Assembly: GCA_963703315.1 (NCBI GenBank)
Contig: OY969811.1
Span: 2,304,001 to 2,368,000 of the forward strand
DNA from: an uncultured cyanobacterium
Lineage (GTDB): Bacteria > Cyanobacteriota > Cyanobacteriia > Pseudanabaenales > Pseudanabaenaceae
Reading direction: 5' to 3'
DNA: 64,000 nucleotides
In this document: positions 51,351 to 61,628 of the stretch, piece by piece
Position numbering within the stretch: the first letter of the stretch is position 1
How the letters are laid out: each line of letters opens with the position of its first letter
The notes under the pieces: model-generated
The model's database searches: none
What the model was told of the DNA's origin: nothing
Seen by the model: only the letters and a program-made list of their open reading frames with translations
Position numbers and translations under genes: made by a program

Positions 51351-53435
51351 ATGAGTGAAGTTACTAATCCTCTCCTAATTGGCAAAGGTTTACCGCCATT
51401 TCCAGAAATTAAACCTGAACAGGTTATCCCAGCAATTACTCAATTGCTAGAAGAAACCAGCGCAGGACTAACCAACCTTGAAGCCAATGTCCAACCCACA
51501 TGGTCGGGCTTAGTTGAACCGCTAGAACGTTTGACTGAGAGAATTGGTTGGGCATGGGGTGCGATCGAGCATTTACTAAGCGTCAGAAACAATGCCGAAT
51601 TGCGTGAAGCTCACAAAGTTGTCCAACCTAGGGTTATTGAATTTTTCAATCGCTTTAGCCAGAGCCAACCAGTTTATAAGGCTTATAAAGCAATTTATGG
51701 CTCATCGGATTGGGATAGCCTCGAACCTGCTCAAAAACGCATCGTAGAAGCCGCAATCCGTGATGCTGAGCTTTCAGGCGTTGGTTTAGACGGTGAAGCT
51801 AAGGAAAAGTTTAACGCAATCCAAATGGAACTTGCGGAACTCTCGACTAACTTCTCTAACCATGTCCTAGATGCTACCAAAGCTTTTAGCATGACTTTGA
51901 CCTTACCCGAAGAGATTGAAGGTTTACCACCAAGTTTATTAGCCCAAGCCGCCCAAGCTGCAAGACTTGATGGTGATGACAGAGCCACTCCCGAAAAAGG
52001 TGCTTGGTGCATTACCCTTGACTATCCTAGCTATGTTCCCTTTATGCAACATAGTCGTCGTCGTGATTTGCGTGAGAAGCTATACCGCGCCTTTGTCAGT
52101 CGTGCTGCTAGTGGGGAGTTTGATAATTCACCCTTGATCGACCGCATTCTCGAATTGCGTAAACAAAAAGCGAACTTGCTGGGCTATTCTACCTATGCCG
52201 AACTCAGCCTTGCAAGGAAAATGGCTCCTAACGTTGAAGCAGTTGAGAAGTTGCTAGAAGAACTGCGCCAGTCCAGTTACTCTGCTGCCGTTGCCGAGTT
52301 TGACGAATTGAAAGAGTTTGCTAAGTCTCAGGGCGAAACCATCGAACTCAAACACTGGGATACTTCATATTGGGCGGAACGTCAGCGTGAAACCAAATTT
52401 AATTTCACCGTTGAAGAATTACGTCCTTACTTCCCATTACCTCAAGTTCTCGAAGGACTATTTGCTCTGGTGAAGCGCTTGTTTGGAGTGAACGTCGTTC
52501 CTGCGGATGGAAAAGCTCCCATTTGGCATGAAAGCGTCCGCTTCTTTGAAATTCAGAATGAGAGTAATGAGGCGATCGCCTATTTCTATCTTGACCCATA
52601 CAGTCGCCCAGCCGAAAAGCGGGGCGGCGCATGGATGAATGACTGCATCGGACGAGCCAAAATTATCGAAGATGGTAAGCCGATTACCCGTTTGCCCGTT
52701 GCCTATCTTATTTGCAATCAGTCTCCTCCTGTCGATGGTAAGCCCAGCTTGATGACCTTTGGTGAAGTAGAAACTCTCTTCCATGAGTTCGGACATGGCT
52801 TGCAGCATATGTTGACTAAAGTTGATTATGCAGGTGCGTCTGGCATTAATAATGTCGAATGGGATGCTGTAGAACTGCCCAGTCAATTCATGGAAAACTG
52901 GTGCTACGATCGCGCTACCTTGTTTGGCATGGCAAAGCATTACGAGACAGGCGAAACTCTTCCCGAAAGCTATTTCCAAAAGCTCGTTGATTCCAAAAAC
53001 TACATGAGTGGTTCAGGAATGTTGCGTCAGTTGCATTTCAGCCTTGTCGATATCGAGTTACACCATCGCTATCAGGTTGGCGGATCGGAAACTCCACTCC
53101 AATTGCGATCGCGCCTTGCCGAAACCACGATGGTGATCCCACCTTTACCTGAAGATAACTTCCTCTGTTCCTTCGGTCATATTTTTGCTGGAGGCTATGC
53201 CGCAGGTTACTATAGCTACAAGTGGGCAGAAGTCCTGAGCGCTGATGCCTTTGCCGCCTTTGAGGAAGCTGGGTTAGAGGATGAAGAAGCGATCGCCTCA
53301 ACAGGTAGACTCTATCGCGATACAGTTTTAGCGCTCGGCGGTAGCAAGCACCCCATGGAAGTCTTCAAAACCTTCCGAGGACGTGAACCTATTACGACTC
53401 CATTGTTGCGTCACAGTGGTTTAGCCAAAGTCTAG
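51351..53435 (+). CDS. prlC: oligopeptidase A (M3 family)
   Basis: KRGGAWM, HEFGH, ELPSQFMENW, YAAGYYSYKWAEVL. Confidence 0.95.
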   Translation: MSEVTNPLLIGKGLPPFPEIKPEQVIPAITQLLEETSAGLTNLEANVQPTWSGLVEPLERLTERIGWAWGAIEHLLSVRNNAELREAHKVVQPRVIEFFNRFSQSQPVYKAYKAIYGSSDWDSLEPAQKRIVEAAIRDAELSGVGLDGEAKEKFNAIQMELAELSTNFSNHVLDATKAFSMTLTLPEEIEGLPPSLLAQAAQAARLDGDDRATPEKGAWCITLDYPSYVPFMQHSRRRDLREKLYRAFVSRAASGEFDNSPLIDRILELRKQKANLLGYSTYAELSLARKMAPNVEAVEKLLEELRQSSYSAAVAEFDELKEFAKSQGETIELKHWDTSYWAERQRETKFNFTVEELRPYFPLPQVLEGLFALVKRLFGVNVVPADGKAPIWHESVRFFEIQNESNEAIAYFYLDPYSRPAEKRGGAWMNDCIGRAKIIEDGKPITRLPVAYLICNQSPPVDGKPSLMTFGEVETLFHEFGHGLQHMLTKVDYAGASGINNVEWDAVELPSQFMENWCYDRATLFGMAKHYETGETLPESYFQKLVDSKNYMSGSGMLRQLHFSLVDIELHHRYQVGGSETPLQLRSRLAETTMVIPPLPEDNFLCSFGHIFAGGYAAGYYSYKWAEVLSADAFAAFEEAGLEDEEAIASTGRLYRDTVLALGGSKHPMEVFKTFRGREPITTPLLRHSGLAKV

Positions 53436-53473
53436 CAAGAAGGGACAGTGCAAAGCACTGTCCCTTCTTGCTA
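53433..53473. terminator. perfect palindrome spanning both convergent stop codons
   Basis: TAGCAAGAAGGGACAGTGC AAA GCACTGTCCCTTCTTGCTA. Confidence 0.8.
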
Positions 53474-54403
53474 AGGTCTTTCGTGAATAAACCATCGATC
53501 TATTTTTAGAAGCGATCGCGCATGGTCGCGTATTGATACACCAGATAAATATGTTGTACATGGCGCTAGAAGCACCTGTTCACTTGCTAATCTAAAAGCT
53601 TCTTGGGGAGTAGATGGGCGTTTCCCAATCAAAAGTTGCAACATAGTTCCATAATGACAAACTAGTTCAGCCTCATATAATTGATGCCATTTTTGCAGTA
53701 AGGGAATCGCTCCTTTGCTCCCGCCATACCAAGATAAATAGGCAAGAGTTTCCCAGCTATGGGGCGTTGGCAGCAATATTAGTGCCATTGTCTGTCCATT
53801 TGGTTGATACCAGTCTAGATAAGTTAGCTCTTGCTCCGATGGTGTAGAGATTTCCGTTGTCTGCTGCAATTCCCAATCAAATAAATACTTCTCAACATCG
53901 ACAATAGTAGAAATTTCTCCCGATCTCACTAGTGTTTGTAGTTCAGAAAATAATGGTGATGCACCAAACCGAGAACTTGTATTGGCTAATTCTGTAAAGA
54001 TCTGTTCTTCTAAATTGTAGGTATTAAATTGAGCGCGTTCATCCAAAAAGCTATCTAGCTCTTGAGAAGTTATAGAATTAGCTCTCGCGATAATTGCTTC
54101 TGGAGATAGATCTAAATTTGGATACTCTTCAGCAAAGTAAAATCGCGAAAAGAAATCTTCATCATTCATTGTTTTTTGCCAATTTTCGGCATTACCACTC
54201 CAGCAAGTAGTAATCACGGGATATCTCTGAGTTTGAGGCAGTAAATCTTTGATTAAATGCCAAGCTTCAACACTATTTTCTAGATTAACAGCGATCGCCA
54301 ATGCTACACTTGTCGTCATTGGGATATCAAGCTGAACCATATCTGCTTCGCTTAAAAAAGTTCCACTCAGTAGCTCTCGTAAAGACTCTATAGAATTAAG
54401 CAT
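53471..54403 (-). CDS. DUF4253-like protein
   Basis: C-terminal WE.LAY...W...YEAELV.HYGT...EA..LA.EQ pattern. Confidence 0.7.
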   Translation of the reverse strand: MLNSIESLRELLSGTFLSEADMVQLDIPMTTSVALAIAVNLENSVEAWHLIKDLLPQTQRYPVITTCWSGNAENWQKTMNDEDFFSRFYFAEEYPNLDLSPEAIIARANSITSQELDSFLDERAQFNTYNLEEQIFTELANTSSRFGASPLFSELQTLVRSGEISTIVDVEKYLFDWELQQTTEISTPSEQELTYLDWYQPNGQTMALILLPTPHSWETLAYLSWYGGSKGAIPLLQKWHQLYEAELVCHYGTMLQLLIGKRPSTPQEAFRLASEQVLLAPCTTYLSGVSIRDHARSLLKIDRWFIHERP

Positions 54404-54484
54404 TTAAAATTATTGATAACTTTTATTATCATTAAACCATTTAGAATTGCCCCATGCTTACAGTTCTCTTAGTGAGAGATTGAC

Positions 54485-55387
54485 CTACTTCAAACTCCGA
54501 TTATAAAAGTCTGTAACTTTATCGATATACATTTTGGAATTAGCATTGTAATTTCCTGCGTGCTGCTTTGCGTCTGTTTCCCAGTATTCGGCTGATGGAT
54601 ATGCTGCTTTCATTTGCCTTGCATTCTCGATAGTCGTGTAAGGATCGAGCGTACTATGAATAATCAAAACTGGTCTAGGAGAAATTTTTGCCAGATCAAT
54701 AACTGGTTTAGAGGTCGTGAGATCATAGCCAGTCCACAAATGCCCGAACATCAATGTAGAAGGCAGAAATATATCTGGAAGTTTTGAATCGAACTGCCAC
54801 AGTTTTTGGAAGAGTGGATAGACTTCAGCATAACCACTATCGATCACAATTGCCGCAAGATCGGAACTTTCGGCGGCGGCTCCAATGACTGAAGCGGAAC
54901 CCATAGAAACACCTAAAACTCCAATTTTATTAGGTTTAAATCCTTTTTGTTTGAGCCAATTCACTCCAGCAATCACATCTCTTCTTTCTTTAATTCCGAA
55001 AGTAACTCTAGAATCTGCACTCTTTCCGTGTCCTCGCAGATCAATCATCAGAATCGAGAATCCCTGCTTTTGCATAGCAGATCCAAATTCGGTGAATTTG
55101 CCGCCAAACTCAGCAGTACGGCTAGAGTGCAAGCCATGCACTAAAACCAAAACTTTATCAGAAGATTTTGATGGAATAAACCATCCTGTAATTTCTAAGT
55201 CATCGGATGTACGCAATTTCACCTCTTCAGGAGCGATCGCAAAAACAGATGCTTGTTGTGAATCAAAGCTTCTTCTAGGAGTCGAAAGCCTATGTCCAGC
55301 AAAAGCAGAAATCCCTAAATAGGCGATCGCTAAAGTAGCTGAGAAACTCAGTGCAATCTTAATGATAATTTGTCTTTGGGGTTTCAT
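54485..55387 (-). CDS. alpha/beta hydrolase
   Basis: VHG, DLRGHGKS, GVSMG nucleophile elbow. Confidence 0.9.
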   Translation of the reverse strand: MKPQRQIIIKIALSFSATLAIAYLGISAFAGHRLSTPRRSFDSQQASVFAIAPEEVKLRTSDDLEITGWFIPSKSSDKVLVLVHGLHSSRTAEFGGKFTEFGSAMQKQGFSILMIDLRGHGKSADSRVTFGIKERRDVIAGVNWLKQKGFKPNKIGVLGVSMGSASVIGAAAESSDLAAIVIDSGYAEVYPLFQKLWQFDSKLPDIFLPSTLMFGHLWTGYDLTTSKPVIDLAKISPRPVLIIHSTLDPYTTIENARQMKAAYPSAEYWETDAKQHAGNYNANSKMYIDKVTDFYNRSLK

Positions 55388-55425
55388 ATTCTCACTTTTA
55401 GTTTTTATGTTACTCCTTTCCCAGT

Positions 55426-55470
55426 GAATAATTAGTAGGGCGCGGCAAAGCCGCGCACCACTAATTATTC
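55426..55470. repeat. imperfect palindrome, GCGCGGC-AAA-GCCGCGC core
   Basis: GAATAATTAGT outer arms. Confidence 0.75.
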
Positions 55471-55579
55471 CTGCTTACTTACCTACAACAAAATGAAACC
55501 TAATACAAAATATACTCATTGTATTATGATGATCTTGGAATGTCAGAATCCACAAACTTTTTGATTGCAACCAATTGAT

Positions 55580-57172
55580 ATGACTATTAAGAAAATCTTG
55601 ATTCTGGCAGCTAATCCTCTTGAGACAGCAAGGTTACGACTAGAAAAAGAAGTAGAAGAAATTCGGGTAACTTTAGAGCGATCGCTAAACCGCGATCGCT
55701 ACCTGATTGAGTCAAGAGGTGCAGTACGTCCTCAAGATTTACAGCAATATTTATATAACCTGAAGCCACAGATTTTACATTTTTCAGGACATGGTGGTGG
55801 TGACTGGGGCTTAGCCTTTGAAGATGATGATGGCAAGACGAAGCCCGTTAGTACTGATGCATTAGCAGACTTGTTCAAGCTATTTGCTAATCAAATTCAG
55901 TGCGTAGTTCTAAATGCTTGTTATGCAGTGGTACAAGCAGAAGCGATTTGTCAGCATATTCCCTATGTGATTGGCATGAATCAGGCGATCGGTGATGAAG
56001 CGGCGCGAAGGTTTGCGGAAGGCTTTTATCGAGCAGTTTGGGATGATCGCTCGATTGAGGATGCCTTCGCATCGGGGGTAAATGCGATCGCCTTAGATGG
56101 AATTCCTGAAGAGTTAACGCCTGTGTTGCTAAAGCGAGATCGCAGTTTGCCAAAATCTAATCCTAATACTGAAATTTCGGTAGTAGAAAATAATGGCTAC
56201 TTTTATATTGTGCGATCGCGCTTAGAGCAACGTTGTTATGAAGAAGTCGTGAGGGCAGGTACATTAATTAGAATTAAGTCACCTGAGCGCATGGGCAAAT
56301 CCTTAATGATGGGGCGCGTTTTAAAGTATGCGACACAGCAGGGGCATCGCACCGCCGTGATTGATTTACGCGAAGCAAACAGAGAGTTTTTTGTAGATAT
56401 TAATAAATTTTTGCAATGGTTTTGTGCATATTTGGGCGATCAGTTAGAAGTTGACCAGCAACCTGAAACTGCATGGAAGAGCTTTTTAGGTGCAAATACA
56501 AACTGTACAAAATATGTGGAAAAATTCTTTTTAAATAGTGATGATTCACCCTTAGTAATTGCGATCGATAACTTCGATTGTGTGTTTAGATATCCCGATG
56601 TTGAAGCTGACTTTTGCGGATTATTGCGTGGTTGGTTCGAGAAAGTAAATACCAGTAAAGTCTGGGGCAAGTTGCGACAAATAATTGTCTATTCCCAAGA
56701 GTCTTATGCAACAAACAATATTAACCAATCACCTTTTAATGTAGGGTTGCCCATTGAACTCGATGAACTAGACGAATCGGAAGTCTTGGCTTTAGCAAAA
56801 GCCTATGGACTGCCTTGGACAGTTGCAGAAATTGCGAAACTAATGGATATGATTGGTGGTCATCCTTATTTAGTCCAGATGGCGATCGATCAAATCGCGC
56901 ACCGTAATATGGATATTGACAGGTTATTGCGAACTGCACCAACAGAAGAAGGCATTTATAGTAAATATCTTTACGAACGTTTACAACTATTAGAAAGCAA
57001 TCCCGAACTGGTAGAAGCCATGAAATTAGTTGTCAACTCCGATATTCCTGTAAGGTTGAGTGCAAAGGATGGGTTTAAGCTAGACAGCATGGGTTTGATA
57101 AAGCCACAAAATAGCGATCGCATCCCCCGTTGTAATTTATATCGTCTATACTTTAGCGACAGGTTGAGGTAA
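55580..57172 (+). CDS. CHAT domain - AAA_35-like ATPase
   Basis: ILILAANP, LHFSGHG, VLNAC (caspase-like His/Cys), SPERMGKS, SPFNVG, GGHPYL. Confidence 0.88.
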   Translation: MTIKKILILAANPLETARLRLEKEVEEIRVTLERSLNRDRYLIESRGAVRPQDLQQYLYNLKPQILHFSGHGGGDWGLAFEDDDGKTKPVSTDALADLFKLFANQIQCVVLNACYAVVQAEAICQHIPYVIGMNQAIGDEAARRFAEGFYRAVWDDRSIEDAFASGVNAIALDGIPEELTPVLLKRDRSLPKSNPNTEISVVENNGYFYIVRSRLEQRCYEEVVRAGTLIRIKSPERMGKSLMMGRVLKYATQQGHRTAVIDLREANREFFVDINKFLQWFCAYLGDQLEVDQQPETAWKSFLGANTNCTKYVEKFFLNSDDSPLVIAIDNFDCVFRYPDVEADFCGLLRGWFEKVNTSKVWGKLRQIIVYSQESYATNNINQSPFNVGLPIELDELDESEVLALAKAYGLPWTVAEIAKLMDMIGGHPYLVQMAIDQIAHRNMDIDRLLRTAPTEEGIYSKYLYERLQLLESNPELVEAMKLVVNSDIPVRLSAKDGFKLDSMGLIKPQNSDRIPRCNLYRLYFSDRLR

Positions 57173-57178
57173 TTGGCT

Positions 57179-59965
57179 ATGTCACCAGAATCACCCAATG
57201 AACAATTAATTAGTACTTCTGTCTATCGTGTCGGTGGCAGTTTGCCTGTAGATGCGCCAACTTATGTAGAACGAAAAGCTGATCACGAGCTATACAAAAG
57301 ACTGAAAGCGGGGGATTGTTGCTATGTATTTAATGCCAGACAGATGGGGAAGTCTAGCTTACGGGTGCGGGTAATTCAGAAATTAGAGCAGGATGGAGTG
57401 GTTTGTGCAACCCTTGATCCGCAAACTATTGGCACGCAGCTAGATCAGTCACAGTGGTATGCCAGTATTATCAGCAGTCTTGCGGAAAGTTTTAAACTAG
57501 AAGATTGCTTCGATTTAGAAGAATGGTGGGAAGCAAGACAATCGATCGCGCCTGTGAAATGTCTCAGTGATTTCATTTGTAATGTGCTGCTAACTGAGAT
57601 TAAGAAGCCCATCGTAATCTTTGTGGAAGAGATTGATAATTTGCTCAATCTTAAGTTTGTTGCTGATGACTTTTTTATGTTGATTCGTTCATTTTACGAA
57701 AATCGCGCCCAAGAACCACAATTTGATCGATTATCCTTTGCTTTTGTCGGTGTGGCTACTCCGCGTGATTTAATGCTGAGCCAAAATCATTCGGTGTTTA
57801 ACATTGGTGTAGCGATCGAGATGGGCGGTTTCCAATTGGATGAGGTGAAACCGTTAGAGATTGGACTAAAGGGAAAAGTTCCAGATCCGCATTTAGTAAT
57901 GCGTGAGGTATTGCAATGGACTGGTGGACAGCCTTTCTTGACGCAGAAGTTACTTAGTTTGGTAATTAGTGAGATAGAAGAAAATAATGTAGATGCATCA
58001 AAGCAAGATATTCCCGTATGGATTAAGCAAATCGTTCAAGAACACATCATTAATAATTGGGAAACTCAAGATGTACCACAACATCTCAAAACCTTGCAAG
58101 ATCGTCTATTAGTAAGGACTGATGAAGATGGTAGAGGGCGACTTTTGGGTTTGTATCAGAGAGTTTTGGATGGGGATAAATACCAAACTTCTTTGGTTAA
58201 TGTAGAAGAATATAAAAAAGAAAATTCTTCTTTCATGGAAGGAATTTCTTCTGATGATAGTGAAGATCAAAAGAAACTGCGTCTGACAGGGTTAGTTGTC
58301 AAGCGAGATAACAGATTAATTGTTTACAACCCTATCTATGCAGGAGTTTTCAATCAAGAGTGGGTAAGCCGTAACTTAGCAGATTTGCGTCCACCTTTAT
58401 ATTTAGAAGCTTTTAGGAAGTGGCAAGTAAGCGACGAACAACAAAAGTATTCTTTTCTTTTGCGAGGAAAGGCGCTTGAAGATGCGGAGATCTGGGCAAA
58501 GGATAAGCGATTGAGTGATGAGGATTATAGGTTCTTGGCAGCAAGTCGGGAGATGAATAATCAAGTTATGCTAGCGGAAGTTAAGTTTAATGCGGAAAAA
58601 CAGAGAACAAAATTTGCGATCGGTGGGGGGATTGTTGCTTTAGTTCTTGCAGGATTAGCTTCATGGCAATTAGTAGTTGCTGATAAAAACGCGAAAATTG
58701 TTGTTGATAATGCTGTTGAAAGAGTCGAAGAACTTTTTCAGAAAAACTATCAATTTGAATCTTTAACAGAGAGCATTAAAACGATGGATTTAATGAAGAC
58801 TTTAGGTAAGACAAATGATAAAGATCTTATTGAAAGACTTTATAAAGTAATCTCTAATATCCAAGAAAGAAATCAACTAAAAGGTCATCAAAATGAGATT
58901 TTGGGCTTAAGTATTCATCCTGATGGTCAGAAAATTGTCTCTAGTGGTTTCGATAACACTATAAAATTATGGAATATAGAAGGAAACATCTTATATACCA
59001 AGAGTCAAGAATATAGACAATGGAGTGTAAAATTTAGTCATAGTGGTCAATTGATAGCATCTGTAGATGACATTAATTCAATATCATTATGGAAAATACA
59101 AAATGATAAACTTCTACTGCTTGATTCTAATATTATTAAAGATCTAAAAATCAATAAACAAGCTAATATTCCAGACAATCAGATTGGCAACTTAGAATTT
59201 AGTCCCAACGACGAAATGATTGCCTTCTCAAATAACGATAAAAATCTTAGATTGTGGATAAAAAACTCAAAAATAAGACAAGTGTCATGCCGTGATGGAG
59301 ATCAAAATAGTTGGATTTACACTATGAATTTTCATCCTCAAAAAAACACTGTGGCTTTTGCCTGTAAAGATTTAGTTTATATATGGGATACAGTTAAATC
59401 GGATTTATCTCAATTGATTCCTAATTCAAAGCATGAAAATACAGTTAATGCAGTTAAGTTTAGTGTTAATGGAGATATACTAGCGTCTGCAAGTAGTGAT
59501 GGAAATATAAAATTATGGGATACAAAGAATGACTACAAAAAAATAGGAGAAATAAAGCCTAAAAATCCATTGCTTTATATTACAGACATTGCGTTTGATA
59601 ATCAAAACAACTTTATTGCCTCTTCATATACAAATAACAACATAGGTATTAAAATCTGGAGCTTAGAAAAAGCTCTTAAATTATATCCTAAGCCTTTACA
59701 AGAACCAGAGAATAATAATCTTTTAGGTCACACTCAATCAGTAAATAGAATAATATTTAACCCAACTAATCCACTTTCAATTATTTCTGCAAGCAGCGAC
59801 TCAAGTATCAGGATCTGGTCTTTGAATAAGTCTTCAACTAATGCTACAGAAAAGCATATATCTAAATTACTTAGCTATGCATGTAGTTTAGTTAAACCTT
59901 ATATCTACACTGACAAAGTTAATCCTAAAAATCAAACTCTTAATAAAATTTGTCAGACAAACTAA
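57179..59965 (+). CDS. AAA_35-like ATPase - TM - WD40 repeat protein
   Basis: VGGSLP..APTYVER, ARQMGKSS, TGGQPFLTQ, TM segment, GH...IKLWN/IKLWD/IRIWS repeats. Confidence 0.88.
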   Translation: MSPESPNEQLISTSVYRVGGSLPVDAPTYVERKADHELYKRLKAGDCCYVFNARQMGKSSLRVRVIQKLEQDGVVCATLDPQTIGTQLDQSQWYASIISSLAESFKLEDCFDLEEWWEARQSIAPVKCLSDFICNVLLTEIKKPIVIFVEEIDNLLNLKFVADDFFMLIRSFYENRAQEPQFDRLSFAFVGVATPRDLMLSQNHSVFNIGVAIEMGGFQLDEVKPLEIGLKGKVPDPHLVMREVLQWTGGQPFLTQKLLSLVISEIEENNVDASKQDIPVWIKQIVQEHIINNWETQDVPQHLKTLQDRLLVRTDEDGRGRLLGLYQRVLDGDKYQTSLVNVEEYKKENSSFMEGISSDDSEDQKKLRLTGLVVKRDNRLIVYNPIYAGVFNQEWVSRNLADLRPPLYLEAFRKWQVSDEQQKYSFLLRGKALEDAEIWAKDKRLSDEDYRFLAASREMNNQVMLAEVKFNAEKQRTKFAIGGGIVALVLAGLASWQLVVADKNAKIVVDNAVERVEELFQKNYQFESLTESIKTMDLMKTLGKTNDKDLIERLYKVISNIQERNQLKGHQNEILGLSIHPDGQKIVSSGFDNTIKLWNIEGNILYTKSQEYRQWSVKFSHSGQLIASVDDINSISLWKIQNDKLLLLDSNIIKDLKINKQANIPDNQIGNLEFSPNDEMIAFSNNDKNLRLWIKNSKIRQVSCRDGDQNSWIYTMNFHPQKNTVAFACKDLVYIWDTVKSDLSQLIPNSKHENTVNAVKFSVNGDILASASSDGNIKLWDTKNDYKKIGEIKPKNPLLYITDIAFDNQNNFIASSYTNNNIGIKIWSLEKALKLYPKPLQEPENNNLLGHTQSVNRIIFNPTNPLSIISASSDSSIRIWSLNKSSTNATEKHISKLLSYACSLVKPYIYTDKVNPKNQTLNKICQTN

Positions 59966-61296
59966 TTTGAGGGACACTGATTCTTACAATGACAAGTTGA
60001 TTGACCACAGCAACTACAACCTCCTAAAATTTCATTTGTACCTATACCAAAGCCACTTGTATTAATCCACTCAGCGTTCAGCAAAGACCACCAATCAGTA
60101 GCCAAACCTTTTTCAACATACTCATATGGCATCCATCCATATCCTTTATCTCCCCATCCATCTCCCTGTGAATCTCTAAATAAGAATCCTCCTTTCAATG
60201 GTGGTTTAGAATCATCTGGATTATCAAATTCCAAATAATCATCATATCCAACAGCAACGAGAGCATGACCCATTTGAGATTGAGTATTTTGAAGAGATAA
60301 AGGAGGAACTATAATTTGTCCTAATTTCCTCTTCTTCGTTGTATTAACTGTTTCTATTTTTTTTAACTCATCTTGATTTATATATTTAGTGAAAATGCTA
60401 GTATCGCTAATGCCAAAAATTGCTGGAAAACCTGATGCCAAAGCAATACGAATCTGAGCTACAGTTAATTGACCTATTTCAATTTCATTCTCCTTTTTTT
60501 TCTCAATTGTTAGTAATTCTTGATTGTAAATTTCTCTGAGTTTATCCAATCGAAAATACTTAGATGCTTGAAAATTTTGGGCATAAGCATAAGCAAATGC
60601 TGAAGGTTGCTTGCCACCTGTTAAATTATCAGTTCGTTCTTCTGTTGCTAGCCAATTTTTTTGTTCTTCTTTTGTTACTAGCCAATTTTTATCAGACTTT
60701 TCTGGAGGGACTCCAAATAGAACCATAGCCCTTAGAGTGTCTCTCAGTGTTGCGCCACCATCACTGAGAGGTTTTTCTTGGTCTAAATACATTAGATCTC
60801 TAGTAACTTTATAAAGGAATCGCCAAGAAAGTTTACTGTTAACATTCTTACTAGCACGATTTTGGAAATACTCCATTAAAGCTTTTCCTGCATGGGCAGT
60901 ACAGGTCATCCCCTCTTGAGGTTCTTTAATTGGAGAGAAATATTCTCGTAAATCAACAGATTCTTTCAAAAACAAGTCTTGATTTAACAAAGCCTTAATT
61001 TCGTCTTCATACCCATCTTTTTTAGTAAAAGTCATTATCAAATAGGGAGGCTTCTTATACCTCTTTTGCTTTGCTTTCCATTCTTCCTCAGGCACTAGAC
61101 GCATTGCTCTTTGATATATAGGAGACTTATCATCTTCGGCAAACAAAACTCTTTCGAGTCTAATATTTTTTGCCTCAGTCTCTACCTCCTCTGGTACTAA
61201 TCTGCTGACAACAGTTTCTAAGGAATACTGATTAACTGTGTTAATTTTTTGTTCTTCAGTAACTGACCAACCTGTTCTATTTACTGTCACTGTCAT
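59962..61296 (-). CDS. C1 (papain-like) cysteine peptidase, divergent
   Basis: VDLR..SP, TCTAHA, S.RFLYK, GHALVAVGYDD, RDSQG..WGDKGYGWMPY. Confidence 0.85.
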   Translation of the reverse strand: MTVTVNRTGWSVTEEQKINTVNQYSLETVVSRLVPEEVETEAKNIRLERVLFAEDDKSPIYQRAMRLVPEEEWKAKQKRYKKPPYLIMTFTKKDGYEDEIKALLNQDLFLKESVDLREYFSPIKEPQEGMTCTAHAGKALMEYFQNRASKNVNSKLSWRFLYKVTRDLMYLDQEKPLSDGGATLRDTLRAMVLFGVPPEKSDKNWLVTKEEQKNWLATEERTDNLTGGKQPSAFAYAYAQNFQASKYFRLDKLREIYNQELLTIEKKKENEIEIGQLTVAQIRIALASGFPAIFGISDTSIFTKYINQDELKKIETVNTTKKRKLGQIIVPPLSLQNTQSQMGHALVAVGYDDYLEFDNPDDSKPPLKGGFLFRDSQGDGWGDKGYGWMPYEYVEKGLATDWWSLLNAEWINTSGFGIGTNEILGGCSCCGQSTCHCKNQCPSN

Positions 61297-61628
61297 TTTC
61301 TTACCTTAGCTTAATTTATAACTCTTAATAATCAATTCAACTTAGCATCATAAAAGCTAAGTTAACAGTCACGATTAGATATCTTATTTACTCAACCTTA
61401 ATACCTTTATTGCAACCTACATAGTTAAAAATAAATACGCAATAAAACTTTACCTAAAGTTGTGAACTTGCTTCTGAGATAAAGTCTAAGCATATAAATC
61501 TAGTCAATCTAGAAGTTTCTACAAACAGATCAATCGGGCTTTAACAGAATTGTGATTTTAGAAATAGCGATCGCTTCCACAAGGCTTTTTGCGATCGCCA
61601 TTTTTGGTGATGAATTTAGCGATCGCAA

